Shown here: in pieces, positions 49,673-59,820 of the stretch
How positions within the stretch are numbered: the first letter of the stretch is position 1
How the letters are laid out: each line of letters begins with the position of its first letter
Translations under genes and position numbers: made by a program
The notes under the pieces: model-generated
What the model saw: the letters and a program-made list of their open reading frames with translations, nothing else
Told to the model about the DNA's origin: nothing
Database searches by the model: none
Assembly: GCA_049517415.1 (NCBI GenBank)
Contig: JBEKSC010000003.1
Coordinates: 1 to 64,000, forward strand
DNA: 64,000 bases
Direction of reading: 5' to 3'
DNA from: Candidatus Bathyarchaeia archaeon
Lineage (GTDB): Archaea; Thermoproteota; Bathyarchaeia; 40CM-2-53-6

Positions 49673-50776
49673 TCAAGGGATTGTTGCTGTCGATACGGAG
49701 TAGATCGGCGGCAACCATTATGCCATCAACCGCCAAGCCTTGCCCTCATCGGTGCTGTGGAACAAGTGTCCCATGCGAGTGCCAACATACACACCTGCCG
49801 GGTCCAGCTGATCAGTGGCCATGCCCTCTCGATAGCAACCTACGTACGCGTTATGATTCGGCAGACCCTTAATCCGTTTCTTCCATGATCTTCCGGCGTT
49901 CCCAGTTTCGTATACTGCGAATTCCTTGTTAGCAACAACGCGGAAGAAATCTCCCTGTTCTGGGACAACATAGAACCTTTCTGAATCGTTCGGGTGAACA
50001 GCCATCGGGAAACCGAACCCGCTTGGTAACCCCTCTGAGATTTCAACCCAGTTTTCAGCAGCGTCCTCCGATTTGTAGACGCCGCAATGGTTCTGCTGGT
50101 AGAGATTGTTGTGCTTGTTTGGGTCCATGACGAGCTTATGCACGCACTGGCCGAACTCTGGGTACTTTTCGGGGTGAAAATCCGCTCGCACATTCCTATT
50201 CTTTACATCCCAAGTTTGGCCTGTGTCTTCTGATTTGAAGACGCCAACCGATGAAATACCAACGTACATTCGTTTCTTATGGAACGGGTCGGTGATGGAA
50301 AGACAATCTACGCCGCAGTCAACAGCGGCCACTTCGGCCCGACAGTACAGAGGAGCAGGAACATGGGGAAGACATGGGAGAATGCAACGACGCCCCCTAG
50401 GTTCGCTGAAGGCTCTGAGATGAAAGTTGAAAACGTTTGGCATGTAGAGCCTGGCCTAGCTGACGAACCTAACGTAGTATACGCGGGCACTGCACCCGCC
50501 GCTTTATTCCGGAGCGATGACGGAGGCAATAATTGGAAACTCAACGAGAACCTAAACAGCCATCCTACTCGCCCGAAATGGCAACCTGGAGCAGGTGGCC
50601 TTTGCCTGCACTCAATCATCACGTTTGTCGAAGGCCATGTGGAAGACTGGTGAATTCTCAAAGAACGGCCCCTTCATCTTCCATGCCCGTCTGCGTGAAT
50701 CAGACTGAAGAATGAACCCTCCTTTTCTAATTCCGAGTAGAACATGTACAGTTGCTCTACTCATCTTGTGTGCCAT
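49673..50776 (-). pseudogene. BNR/Asp-box beta-propeller gene disrupted by an internal inversion (50292-50622) and a TAA at 49718
   Basis: N- and C-terminal parts read on minus, middle part on plus; SxDxGxxW repeats; the three pieces join in frame. Confidence 0.9.
50292..50622. other. Inverted intragenic segment bounded by a GTGATG/CATCAC inverted repeat
   Basis: Flipping it restores ...HMAFDKR-DGKTIYAA... and ...LCLHSII-TDPFHKK... Confidence 0.9.
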
Positions 50777-50785
50777 TGTAATCCA

Positions 50786-51061
50786 TCAACCCCCAGCTAC
50801 GGCTGGTATGATGCGGATTCGGTCTCCATCTTTGAGCTTTGTCGGCAAACCTTCGCCTGAGCGAATATCCTGCTCATTTACGAATATGTTCACGTACCTT
50901 CTCACATCCTTTCCCTCGTCGACAATGAAAGCCCTCAGGCCTGGAAAGAGGCTGTCGAGCTTCAGAAGTAGTTCATCAACGGCGGAAGCATCCAACCCCA
51001 CCTCTGACTTATCTTGGGTATACTGGCGCAGGGCGTATGGAATGCTTATTGTGACCTGCAA
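50786..51061 (-). CDS. Ubiquitin-like MoaD/ThiS/SAMP protein
   Basis: 91 aa, VNIFVN..DI...L.DGD.I.IIPAVAGG with C-terminal GG. Confidence 0.92.
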   Translation of the reverse strand: MQVTISIPYALRQYTQDKSEVGLDASAVDELLLKLDSLFPGLRAFIVDEGKDVRRYVNIFVNEQDIRSGEGLPTKLKDGDRIRIIPAVAGG

Positions 51062-51135
51062 CTGGGTCCACTACAACCTCAGGTAGTTCATAGTACTTAA
51101 ATTTCAACTGCGTTCGAAATAGTAACTGAAACATA

Positions 51136-52116
51136 CTAGGCTTTTCGGAGAGCTTCGGGATTGACGGGGTTTGGCGGCATTTCGCCATTCAACCCAGCGA
51201 TTAGGTTGTCCACTGCCATCAACGCCATCTTAGTTCTAGTCGATACTGAGGCACTTGCGATGTGAGGCGTAACAATCACGTTGTCCAATGTCAGTAGAGG
51301 GTGGCTCGTTGGGAGAGGTTCAGGGTCGGTGACATCGAGGGCCGCAAAAGCAATCTTGTTGTTGCGGAGTGCTTCATACAATGCCATGCTATCGACCAAC
51401 TGCCCCCTGGCCGTATTGATCAGAACACAAGTCCGCTTCATCTTTCCCAGTTGTTCTTTGGCTATGAAGTGGTAGGTTTCGGAAGTTAGGTTTGCATGAA
51501 GAGATATGAAGTCAGCTTCAGCGAGGATCCGGTCGAGTTCCGCATATTCGATTCCTTGAGTGCTCTCGATTTCATTCCTGCGTGTTAGGTCATAGTACAA
51601 AACCTTCATGTCGAAACCTTTGGCGCGCCGTGCTACTGCAATTCCAATTCTGCCTAGACCGATAATTCCGAGCGTGGCGTTATGTATATCCTGCCCGAGA
51701 AGAGTCATAGGGTCCCAGGTTTTCCATCTGCCTGTTCTGACCTGTTTGTCTCCTTCCACTATGCGTCTCGCCGCGGTGGTCATGAGGGCGATGGTGAAGT
51801 CGGCGACAGTTTCTGTGAGGACGCCTGGCGTATTGCCGATAACTATGCCGCGTTGAGTGGCGGCGGCAACATCTATGTTGTCATAGCCAACCGCATAGTT
51901 ACTGATCACTCGCAACCTCAACGCCCGACCCAACAGGTTCGCGTCGATTTTGTCAGTGAGAAGGCAAAGCAACCCCTCAATGTTTCGAGTGTTCTCAATT
52001 AAGACCTCTCTTGGAGGGGGGAGTTTCTCCATCCAAACCTTCGCGTCGCAAGATACGTTGATTCGGTCCATAGCCTCCTTAGGGAGGACTCTTGTTACGA
52101 AAATCTTAGGCTTCAT
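51136..52116 (-). CDS. gyaR: D-2-hydroxyacid dehydrogenase (glyoxylate reductase/D-glycerate dehydrogenase)
   Basis: AVGYDNID, GLGRIG, NTARG, LDVTDPEP, PHIASA. Confidence 0.88.
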   Translation of the reverse strand: MKPKIFVTRVLPKEAMDRINVSCDAKVWMEKLPPPREVLIENTRNIEGLLCLLTDKIDANLLGRALRLRVISNYAVGYDNIDVAAATQRGIVIGNTPGVLTETVADFTIALMTTAARRIVEGDKQVRTGRWKTWDPMTLLGQDIHNATLGIIGLGRIGIAVARRAKGFDMKVLYYDLTRRNEIESTQGIEYAELDRILAEADFISLHANLTSETYHFIAKEQLGKMKRTCVLINTARGQLVDSMALYEALRNNKIAFAALDVTDPEPLPTSHPLLTLDNVIVTPHIASASVSTRTKMALMAVDNLIAGLNGEMPPNPVNPEALRKA

Positions 52117-52382
52117 TTGACGGCTAGACCTTCGAGTATTTCCTTGGAGATGTTGGCGAATGACGTACTAGTATGCGAGTCCGTGGGGCGAGCCATAGAC
52201 CGAAGTACAAGGGGGTCCACGTTTGTAGGCCCGAGACTCATCAGTAGGTCCCATTCGTTCATTCTACGAAACTCTCGGGGGCGAGGGCGAGCATAGCGTG
52301 ATTAAGCTTTTCCGATTCTCTTTAGGGGCCGTGCTCCTAGAAGTTATCTTGGACGCTTTAGAGACTATAAGCCGGCGTTGCC

Positions 52383-52925
52383 ATGCTGCTTTGGAACCTA
52401 GTTTTGAGTGGGTATCCGGGTTCTGGAAAGACGGTGCTAGCGCGGCGGCTGATCTCCGAACACCCTAACTTCGTACGACTAAGCGTTGACGATTTGCGGA
52501 ACATGTTCTTCGGCCCAATGGAACCCTCGAATGAAGAGGAGTTCGTTTACAACGTTTTTGGCGCATTGCGCGACTTAGCGCTGAAAAATGGGCGGAGCGT
52601 GATCTTGGATTCCACAGCGCCAAAGAACAGCACGCGGGATTTTCTTCTGAACACGAGAGTTGAAGGAGTCGTAAGGCTCGTAGTTCTCATGCTTGTAGAA
52701 AAGAACGAGCTAGCAGGCAGAAATCAAGCACGCGGCATGAAGGGTGTACTTGACGCTTGGGACAAGGTTTGGGAAAACCCTTCGCTATCAATGCCTGTTA
52801 TGAAGTTCAGGAACAATTCTATTGGTGAATTCGAAACAAGCTACTATGTCCTGCAAGACCTTCTCAAGAGCAAAGTCAACCCATATAGACGCAGGTTTCT
52901 AGGGCACATCTATCCAAGAATCTAA
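52383..52925 (+). CDS. P-loop kinase (AAA_33/nucleotide-kinase-like)
   Basis: GYPGSGKT, SVDDLR, VILDST. Confidence 0.8.
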   Translation: MLLWNLVLSGYPGSGKTVLARRLISEHPNFVRLSVDDLRNMFFGPMEPSNEEEFVYNVFGALRDLALKNGRSVILDSTAPKNSTRDFLLNTRVEGVVRLVVLMLVEKNELAGRNQARGMKGVLDAWDKVWENPSLSMPVMKFRNNSIGEFETSYYVLQDLLKSKVNPYRRRFLGHIYPRI

Positions 52926-53067
52926 TCGTTCGGTACACGCCTGAACTCCGAAGAGTGTTAATAGTCAAATTCCTTCTGAAGACCTAACACACCATCCGAG
53001 ACTAATACGGGCAATCCGAAAATCGATCTTAGGCTTAATACGTTCTTCAACATCGGATTACGCGGGC

Positions 53068-53206
53068 GCCGGGGTAGCCTAGCTAGGTAAGGCGACAGAG
53101 CCCCCGAATAACCGGGACGTTGAACCTCGAGATCTGCAATTAGAATGGGCCAGGATAGCTGTTGGTCCTCTGGGCCTCGTGGGTTCAAATCCCACCCCCG
53201 GCGCCA
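53068..53206 (+). tRNA. tRNA-Ser(CGA) with two introns (53099-53124 at 30/31; 53132-53156 at 37/38) and encoded CCA
   Basis: Acceptor stem GCCGGGG/CCCCGGC, G73, T arm GTGGG-TTCAAAT-CCCAC, long variable arm; splicing gives ACAGC-CT-CGA-GA-GCTGT. Confidence 0.88.
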
Positions 53207-53385
53207 ACTCTCTCGGGTTGGCAAAATAGGATTCCGTTTTGGAATATGTTCCTATGATGAGTATTGTGGAAGATACGACTTCCCTAATCCGGTATTTTGT
53301 ATTTAGAACTTTACGGATTATGAAAAGGTCCGAACTTACGAAAGACATATACGTGCACCTTCCATACTTTTTTGCGTGATTTCAG

Positions 53386-54657
53386 GTGGCAAGCAGTAAA
53401 TCTCAGAGTTCAACAAGGGTTGTCGTCTTTCTCATAATCGGCCTTATTGTCGGAGCTGCACTCGGATATTCGGGAGCGGCGTTTTCGCAGAAACCTTCAG
53501 TACCGACTAAGACAATGACCTATACGATAGGCATCGTGACAGACCTGTCTGGTGGTGGAGAGTCCTTTGGGAAGGAGACGCTTACTGCTGCTCAGATAGC
53601 ATTGGGAGAGATAAATTCGAACTTGGCTCAATCTGGAAGTAATGTAAGGTTCGCGTTGTCGTCTCCACAAGACAGCTTGACAACGACAGACGGGGCAGTT
53701 AGCGCAGTTCAGACGCTAGCTAGCGCGGGGGATACGATAATACTCTGCCATTGCTGGAGCGGTCAGCTATCGGCGATTGAAAGCTACGCGAACTCAAACG
53801 ACATTGTAGTCGTTAGTGTGTCTTCGACATCGAACCTACTGGCTGTGCCAAAGGGATATCTCTTCAGACTGATCGCGCCAGATTCTTTTCAAGGAAAGGC
53901 TCTTTCAACACTGCTCTGGCACGATGGAGTACGAAAGGTAGCAGTGATATACAGAGATGATCCTTACGGTCAAGGAATTTCAGCGGTTCTTAAGACAGAT
54001 TTCACAGGCCTCGGGGGTACCGTTTCGCTTGAAGCATACGAACCGAGCCTCGCTGATTACGCTTCCGAAGTTGTAACGCTCTCCACGAATGTTAAGAGCC
54101 TAGGGGTGGGTCCTCAGACTGCTGTATTGTTCGTCGGCTTTGCCGCCGAGGCCGTAAACATATTCACGCATGCAAGTGTGGACAGCACGCTCACGCAAGT
54201 GCGATGGTTCTCAAGCGAGGGCCCGAAAGGACCAGATATCCTACCACCAAAAGTGCCAGATGCTATAGGCTCATTTGAGGTGCAAACTAGTCTGACGGGC
54301 ACGTTCCCGCAGAGCATAACACCTAATTCCATTGAAGACAGCTTTCTAACGGCGTTTCAATCTGCTAGTGGAAGTGCTCCCATGGCGTACGGAGAACAGG
54401 CCTATGATGGGATATACCTCCTGGCAAACACGATACTCAACGTTGGAAGTTACAATTCCACGGCAGTCAAGAACATGCTCCCCATCATTGCGCAGCATAT
54501 GTTCGGTGCCTCTGGACCAATGCAATTGGACTCGAACGGCGACAGAGCAACTCAGGACTATGTAGTTTGGACCGTAGCGCGCAGTCAGACAGCTTACAAC
54601 TTCGTCAACATAGGCGGCTGGTCTGGTTCAACTGGTGTACTTACAATGGGTTCATAA
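53386..54657 (+). CDS. livK: Branched-chain amino acid-type ABC substrate-binding protein
   Basis: N-terminal TM, IGIV.DLSG, FRL.APDS.QG, DDPYG, AYDG, GASG..LD.NGDR. Confidence 0.85.
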   Translation: MASSKSQSSTRVVVFLIIGLIVGAALGYSGAAFSQKPSVPTKTMTYTIGIVTDLSGGGESFGKETLTAAQIALGEINSNLAQSGSNVRFALSSPQDSLTTTDGAVSAVQTLASAGDTIILCHCWSGQLSAIESYANSNDIVVVSVSSTSNLLAVPKGYLFRLIAPDSFQGKALSTLLWHDGVRKVAVIYRDDPYGQGISAVLKTDFTGLGGTVSLEAYEPSLADYASEVVTLSTNVKSLGVGPQTAVLFVGFAAEAVNIFTHASVDSTLTQVRWFSSEGPKGPDILPPKVPDAIGSFEVQTSLTGTFPQSITPNSIEDSFLTAFQSASGSAPMAYGEQAYDGIYLLANTILNVGSYNSTAVKNMLPIIAQHMFGASGPMQLDSNGDRATQDYVVWTVARSQTAYNFVNIGGWSGSTGVLTMGS

Positions 54658-54684
54658 GCGGCAACCCTCTCGTTTTTCTTCGCC

Positions 54685-55593
54685 ATGATCCCGCTCGCAG
54701 ACCTACTTTCAACAGTCATCAACAGCTTCCTAGTGGGTAGCCTCTACGCATTGCTCGGTTTAGGTCTGACACTGAGCATCAACGCAACGAAAATGTACAA
54801 CTGGGCTTACGCGGAATTGGTAACCATCGGTGCCTACGCGGCCGCTGTTCTGACTACCTACCAACACTTGAACATAATCTCCAGCCTCATCGTAGCCATA
54901 GTGCTCTCAGCATGCGCCGCACTCGCTATGGACGAAATTGTCTTCAAACCACTCGTCAAAAGACGTTCAGGTACCATTCAACTGATGCTTGGATCCATTG
55001 CAGCAGGAATATTCATCCGCTACGGAATTTTCATTTACGCCGCCTCGGCGTTTCTACTAACGCTCAAAGCAAACGTGGTTGTTCTGACTATTGCCACCAT
55101 TGCAGGAGCTCAACTAACGTCGCTCCTTCTGTGGATACTGCCAACTACTCTTGGAGTAGTGATTTTGTTGCGGTTGTTATTGTCGAAAACGATATTTGGA
55201 AAACAAATCCGAGCCATGTCGGACAACCCCGCCTTAGCGCGTTCAAGCGCGATTGATGTGGTTATGATGAGAAGGTATGTTTGGCTGATTGTCGGCGGAA
55301 TCGCAGGTTTGGTAGGGTCCTTTTGGGCGATGTATTCATTCATCACTCCCGAAATTGGATGGATACTTCTCCTGGCGGCCTTCGCTGCAGCAATAGTGGG
55401 GGGGCTCACATATTTCGGCACTGTATTAGCCGGCTATCTGCTCGGCTTCGCAGAGAACCTAGGAGCCTATCTATTGAATCAGGCGTTCGGCGTTCCCACC
55501 GAATACAAACTACTCATTACATTCTCAATAATGATTTTTGTTCTCATCGTTCGGCCATCTGGAATCAGTTCAGGCATGTTCAGGGAAGTCTAG
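54685..55593 (+). CDS. livH: Branched-chain amino acid ABC permease
   Basis: YAL.GLGLTL, FGKQIRAMSDNP.LA. Confidence 0.85.
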   Translation: MIPLADLLSTVINSFLVGSLYALLGLGLTLSINATKMYNWAYAELVTIGAYAAAVLTTYQHLNIISSLIVAIVLSACAALAMDEIVFKPLVKRRSGTIQLMLGSIAAGIFIRYGIFIYAASAFLLTLKANVVVLTIATIAGAQLTSLLLWILPTTLGVVILLRLLLSKTIFGKQIRAMSDNPALARSSAIDVVMMRRYVWLIVGGIAGLVGSFWAMYSFITPEIGWILLLAAFAAAIVGGLTYFGTVLAGYLLGFAENLGAYLLNQAFGVPTEYKLLITFSIMIFVLIVRPSGISSGMFREV

Positions 55594-55638
55594 GAGGAGA
55601 GGTCGTTCGCACTAGACATACTCAATTTTGTTGGCACA

Positions 55639-56625
55639 ATGTCGATCTTCTATGGGGTCTATTTGATCTTGGCCCTGAGCCTAAATCTAGAGTATGGCTT
55701 CGCTGGACAACCTGACTTCGGCAAGGTGTTTTTCTTTTCTATAGGGGCATACACAAGTGGTGCCCTAGTTGTCACTTTCCTTTCGTACCTCGGAGAACTT
55801 CCCGGAAGCATATTTTCGCCAGCGGGGGTCGGCCTCAGAAACGATTATGCTTTCTCAAATCCTTCGGCGGCGATTACGGTCTTCATTGTGTCGATAGTAG
55901 TTTCCATGCTTGTGGGAGGCATTTTCGGATACTTAGCCTCTTATCCCGCACTTAGATTGCGTGCCGATTACCTAGCAATTACCCTGCTATTGACCGGCGA
56001 GATTAGTAGGAACTTTGTTTCATCTTATCCCAGCATAGCGGGAGGCGCGAACGGGCTGGGGGGAATTCCCAATCCGTTCATATGGTTGGGGAATGGACAT
56101 TCAATAACGCTTGCCTATGCTGCATTGGTTCTGAGCTTCGCCGTTTTGCTGTTCGGGGTCACGGACAGAACCGTCAACTCTCCTTTTGGCCGTTTGCTCA
56201 AGGCCATCAGAGACGATGAGTTGGTTGCCAAGTCTTTTGGCAAGGTGGTCCCGACGCGAAAGGCCCAGGTGCTAATTGTCGCGTCAGCTATGTCCGCATT
56301 AGCTGGCGCTCTCTACACATTTTTCATCGGCTACGAAAACGCAGCCAGTTTTACAACTGTATGGACGATAAATGCGTGGATTATGGTAATTCTCGGCGGC
56401 ATGGCGAATAATAGAGGTGCGCTTCTGGGAGCGTTTCTACTCACGGCTATGGATTCAACATCGAGTCTAGTGGTTGCGTTAGTCGGCGTTTACCCCGGTT
56501 TCGAGATAAGCTATCTTCGGAACATGGTTGTGGCTGCATTGGTTATACTTGTCATGGTGTTTCGCCCGAAGGGACTGTTTCCCGAAAAGCCCCTAAGGAT
56601 TCCGTTCAGGACGAGTTCGGAATAG
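55639..56625 (+). CDS. livM: Branched-chain amino acid ABC permease
   Basis: LRLRADYLAI, SPFGRLLKAIRDDE, RPKGL. Confidence 0.85.
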   Translation: MSIFYGVYLILALSLNLEYGFAGQPDFGKVFFFSIGAYTSGALVVTFLSYLGELPGSIFSPAGVGLRNDYAFSNPSAAITVFIVSIVVSMLVGGIFGYLASYPALRLRADYLAITLLLTGEISRNFVSSYPSIAGGANGLGGIPNPFIWLGNGHSITLAYAALVLSFAVLLFGVTDRTVNSPFGRLLKAIRDDELVAKSFGKVVPTRKAQVLIVASAMSALAGALYTFFIGYENAASFTTVWTINAWIMVILGGMANNRGALLGAFLLTAMDSTSSLVVALVGVYPGFEISYLRNMVVAALVILVMVFRPKGLFPEKPLRIPFRTSSE

Positions 56626-56627
56626 AA

Positions 56628-57359
56628 ATGCTCGGTAAACAGATTCTTGAGACTCAACGAGTGAGTTGCGGCTACGGCAAGATGCGGGTAGTCAATGAAG
56701 TATCGCTGAAGCTGCACGAGGGAGAGATAACGCTCGTAATGGGGCCGAATGGAAGCGGAAAGAGCACGCTCGTAAAATCTGTCGTCGGATTAGTGGATAT
56801 CTTCGACGGTCACATCATGTTTGACGGAACGGATATAACACGAAGTCGGACCGAAAAAGTGATTCGCATGGGAATCTCATACGTACCTCAAGTCAGCAAC
56901 ATCTTTGTGAGCCTTTCTGTTCACGAAAACTTAGAGATAGGATCAATTCTCCTCCAACCTAGTTTGCGGGAGGAGGCGATAAACAAGGTCTATGAACTTT
57001 TCCCAGAACTTCATCCCAAGGGAAAGGAACTCGCGAACACGCTCAGCGGCGGAGAAAGACAAATTTTGGCCATTGCAAAGGGACTGATAGGCAAACCGCG
57101 GATTCTGATCCTAGACGAACCTACAGCTGGATTGGCCCCTAAAATCGCCAAGAATGTGATATCGAGAATAAGTGAAATTCGCGACAAGGGAGTAAGCGTA
57201 CTACTCGTTGAGCAAAATGCGAGGGCTGCTCTAGAAATAGCAGACACGGGCCATGTCTTAGTTGCGGGAAGCAAAATTGCTGAAGGCACCAAAGATCAGA
57301 TTGCAAGAAACGAAGAAGTCGTTCGCCTCTTTTTAGGCGGCAAACGCGAGAATTCTTAG
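56628..57359 (+). CDS. livF: Branched-chain amino acid ABC ATPase
   Basis: GPNGSGKS, LSGGERQ, LVEQNA. Confidence 0.88.
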   Translation: MLGKQILETQRVSCGYGKMRVVNEVSLKLHEGEITLVMGPNGSGKSTLVKSVVGLVDIFDGHIMFDGTDITRSRTEKVIRMGISYVPQVSNIFVSLSVHENLEIGSILLQPSLREEAINKVYELFPELHPKGKELANTLSGGERQILAIAKGLIGKPRILILDEPTAGLAPKIAKNVISRISEIRDKGVSVLLVEQNARAALEIADTGHVLVAGSKIAEGTKDQIARNEEVVRLFLGGKRENS

Positions 57360-57433
57360 ACGGAAGCCCACAATGACCTGTTAGCAGATCCTGCGATTCA
57401 TTTCACTTATAACAATAATTCCGCAACAACAGT

Positions 57434-58186
57434 TCAGTATCCAAAATATGCTTCCACAACTTTGGGGTCTTTTGAGACTTCGGAGGGAGATCCGGAATAG
57501 ATTATTTTGCCTTTATCCATCACGAAGGCATGCTGAACATAATTAAAGAGTATCTCAAGCTTGTGTTCAATGATTAGGATTGTTAGGTTGTAACGCTTTC
57601 TGAGACTTGCAATATTTTCGAAGATCTCCGTGGCGAGGTTAGGGGTCACCCCTGCTGTCGGCTCATCTAACAGGAGCATGGAGGGTTCACCCATCATGGC
57701 TCGTCCTATTTCGACCAGCTTGCTTTGTCCCCCAGAAAGGTCCGTGGCGATCGCGCCGAAGAGATGATTCATCTGAAGAAACGTGAGCAGGTCAAGAGAT
57801 TTTTTTGTTAGCTGGGTCTCCTGGTCGATCCAAGAGGTCGGGAAGGGGGCCCTCAAAATTCTTTCACCAATCTGACTTCGCGGGGGGACAAGAGTATTTT
57901 CACGCACTGTCATCCCGTAGAATAGGTGGGGGATCTGATAGCTTCTGACTATCCCTCGGGCAAAGGCCTCATACGGTTCCAATCCGTCTATCCTTTCTTG
58001 CTTGAAGTAGATCTTGCCGGAAGTGGGTTTGATAGCGCCTGAAATGAGGTTGAAGAGTGTGGTCTTACCACTACCGTTGGGACCAATTATTCCAATGAGC
58101 GCTCCTTCATCAACCTCAATCGAAACATGATCGACTGCGTTGAGCCCTCCGAAGGTCTTAACCAAATCCTGCGTGCGAAGGAGCAT
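57434..58186 (-). CDS. livG: Branched-chain amino acid ABC ATPase (opposite strand to the rest of the operon)
   Basis: KTFGGL.AV, GPNGSGKTT, IEH, VVEAYFG; ATG 58186 is the likely start. Confidence 0.88.
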   Translation of the reverse strand: MLLRTQDLVKTFGGLNAVDHVSIEVDEGALIGIIGPNGSGKTTLFNLISGAIKPTSGKIYFKQERIDGLEPYEAFARGIVRSYQIPHLFYGMTVRENTLVPPRSQIGERILRAPFPTSWIDQETQLTKKSLDLLTFLQMNHLFGAIATDLSGGQSKLVEIGRAMMGEPSMLLLDEPTAGVTPNLATEIFENIASLRKRYNLTILIIEHKLEILFNYVQHAFVMDKGKIIYSGSPSEVSKDPKVVEAYFGY

Positions 58187-58401
58187 GAAGATCAGGACCG
58201 TCAGGTATTCTGTTTGACATAAGCCTTTACGAAGGAGCAAGTTCGTCGGCATGCCCACGGTAGGCACTGAAAATCCACGTTACGGGATCGCAACTACGAC
58301 TAACTGGTTTACAACGAAAACGCATATGCGCCAAGGTATTCCAAGCAAATGTGGTAAGTAACACTTTTCTCTGACGAACTCAGACCTTGTCCAAGATGTA
58401 A

Positions 58402-59814
58402 TTGCACGTTCCCTCGCGTGATCTACTCAGAGACGGCCTCTCAATTCAAAATGGTGGTCTGTTCTTTGATAACGTAGAGCTGTCCAATATTGCTCGTAAG
58501 CATGGGACACCCGTTTTTGTGTTTTCGAGGCGCCGCCTCACCAAAAATGTCGACCAGGTGCGCAAAGCCTTTGGTCATCATTTGAAGAATACGGAACTGT
58601 ACTACGCCGCAAAGGCGAACTCGAACCTAGATGTACTCCGCACCCTTCGGAGAGCAGGTGTCAAACCGGAAATATCATCGGAAGGAGAGATGTTTCTTAT
58701 TGCAGTCGCTGGATTCAAGCCTACGGACGTTATCTTTAACGGTCCAGCGAAAACGAGACGTGAACTCGAACTCGCCGTGCGACTGGGAATAAGAAGCATT
58801 AACCTTGATTCGATAGACGAATTGGAACGTCTGGTGGGAGTGTGCCGATCATTAAGAAAGAGAGCGAATATCTCGTTCCGCGTCCTTCCTTATGTTCATG
58901 CAGGGGCTTCGATAATTCAAACAGGCATTCATGAGAGCAAGTTTGGGATTAATTACGAAGAAATAGTGCGAGCTTACCGAAGGGCGTTAGAGTATCAAGA
59001 TTTTGTGAAGCCAGTCGGTATTCACGGACACATCGGTTCACAGAACACAGATGTGCAGAGTTGGCAAGAGTTTGCTTTGAAGCTTGGCCAAAAGTTTGTG
59101 GAAGTCGAACGCGAGCTTAGTCTTAAGCTAGAACACATTGACCTTGGGGGAGGCCTACCCGTGCGATACGCACGCAACGAAACACAGCAACCAATGGCAG
59201 AGTATCTTGCGTCTAAGACATCTGACGAAGAGATCGCTAGTTCCATAGCGAAGGGTCTAGAGGCGTCGCGCTGTAGGCCCATCACCGTGATAATGGAACC
59301 TGGCAGACGTTTGGTCGCAAACAGTGCTGTCTTATTATCGCGAGTAGTTGGCACTAAGCAGAGAGTCTCTGAAAAATGGCTCTACCTCGATATGGGTTTC
59401 AACGTCACACCTAGCAGCAGAGTTCTGCGCTGGTACTATGAGACATCGGCGGCTGAAAAAATGAGCAAGTCACATTACGTACCTTACCGGTTGGCCGGCC
59501 CACTTTGCGATTCGGCGGATGTGTACCATGATTGGGAAGGTGAACTGTTGGGGACCCCACAACTTCCGAAGAGCCATCTGTTTCCCGACAATATGGCCAA
59601 CGGTGACCTGGTTGCAATGCTGGATGTAGGTGCTTACAATATTGATTTGATGAACCATTTCAACGGTCGCCTCCTGCCTGGCGCGGTAATGATCGATGCG
59701 GGAGGTCGTATCAAGCTCATTCGAAAGCCCGAAAATTATTCCGATCTGATAGCTATGGAACCCCACTCTAAGGTCAAGGTGGAACAAGTTCTCCGAAGAA
59801 TGAAAGGCCGATGA
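58402..59814 (+). CDS. Diaminopimelate decarboxylase-like PLP enzyme (group IV)
   Basis: YAAKANS, SKFG, HGHIGSQ, DLGGG, EPGR, GPLCDSAD, GAY. Confidence 0.85.
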   Translation: MHVPSRDLLRDGLSIQNGGLFFDNVELSNIARKHGTPVFVFSRRRLTKNVDQVRKAFGHHLKNTELYYAAKANSNLDVLRTLRRAGVKPEISSEGEMFLIAVAGFKPTDVIFNGPAKTRRELELAVRLGIRSINLDSIDELERLVGVCRSLRKRANISFRVLPYVHAGASIIQTGIHESKFGINYEEIVRAYRRALEYQDFVKPVGIHGHIGSQNTDVQSWQEFALKLGQKFVEVERELSLKLEHIDLGGGLPVRYARNETQQPMAEYLASKTSDEEIASSIAKGLEASRCRPITVIMEPGRRLVANSAVLLSRVVGTKQRVSEKWLYLDMGFNVTPSSRVLRWYYETSAAEKMSKSHYVPYRLAGPLCDSADVYHDWEGELLGTPQLPKSHLFPDNMANGDLVAMLDVGAYNIDLMNHFNGRLLPGAVMIDAGGRIKLIRKPENYSDLIAMEPHSKVKVEQVLRRMKGR

Positions 59815-59820
59815 ATTGGT

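Noticed and set aside
50279..50653. Independent plus-strand 124-aa gene
   Set aside because: It is the inverted middle of the minus-strand BNR gene
52958..53348. ORFs 52958-53224 and 53079-53348
   Set aside because: Antisense to the tRNA gene
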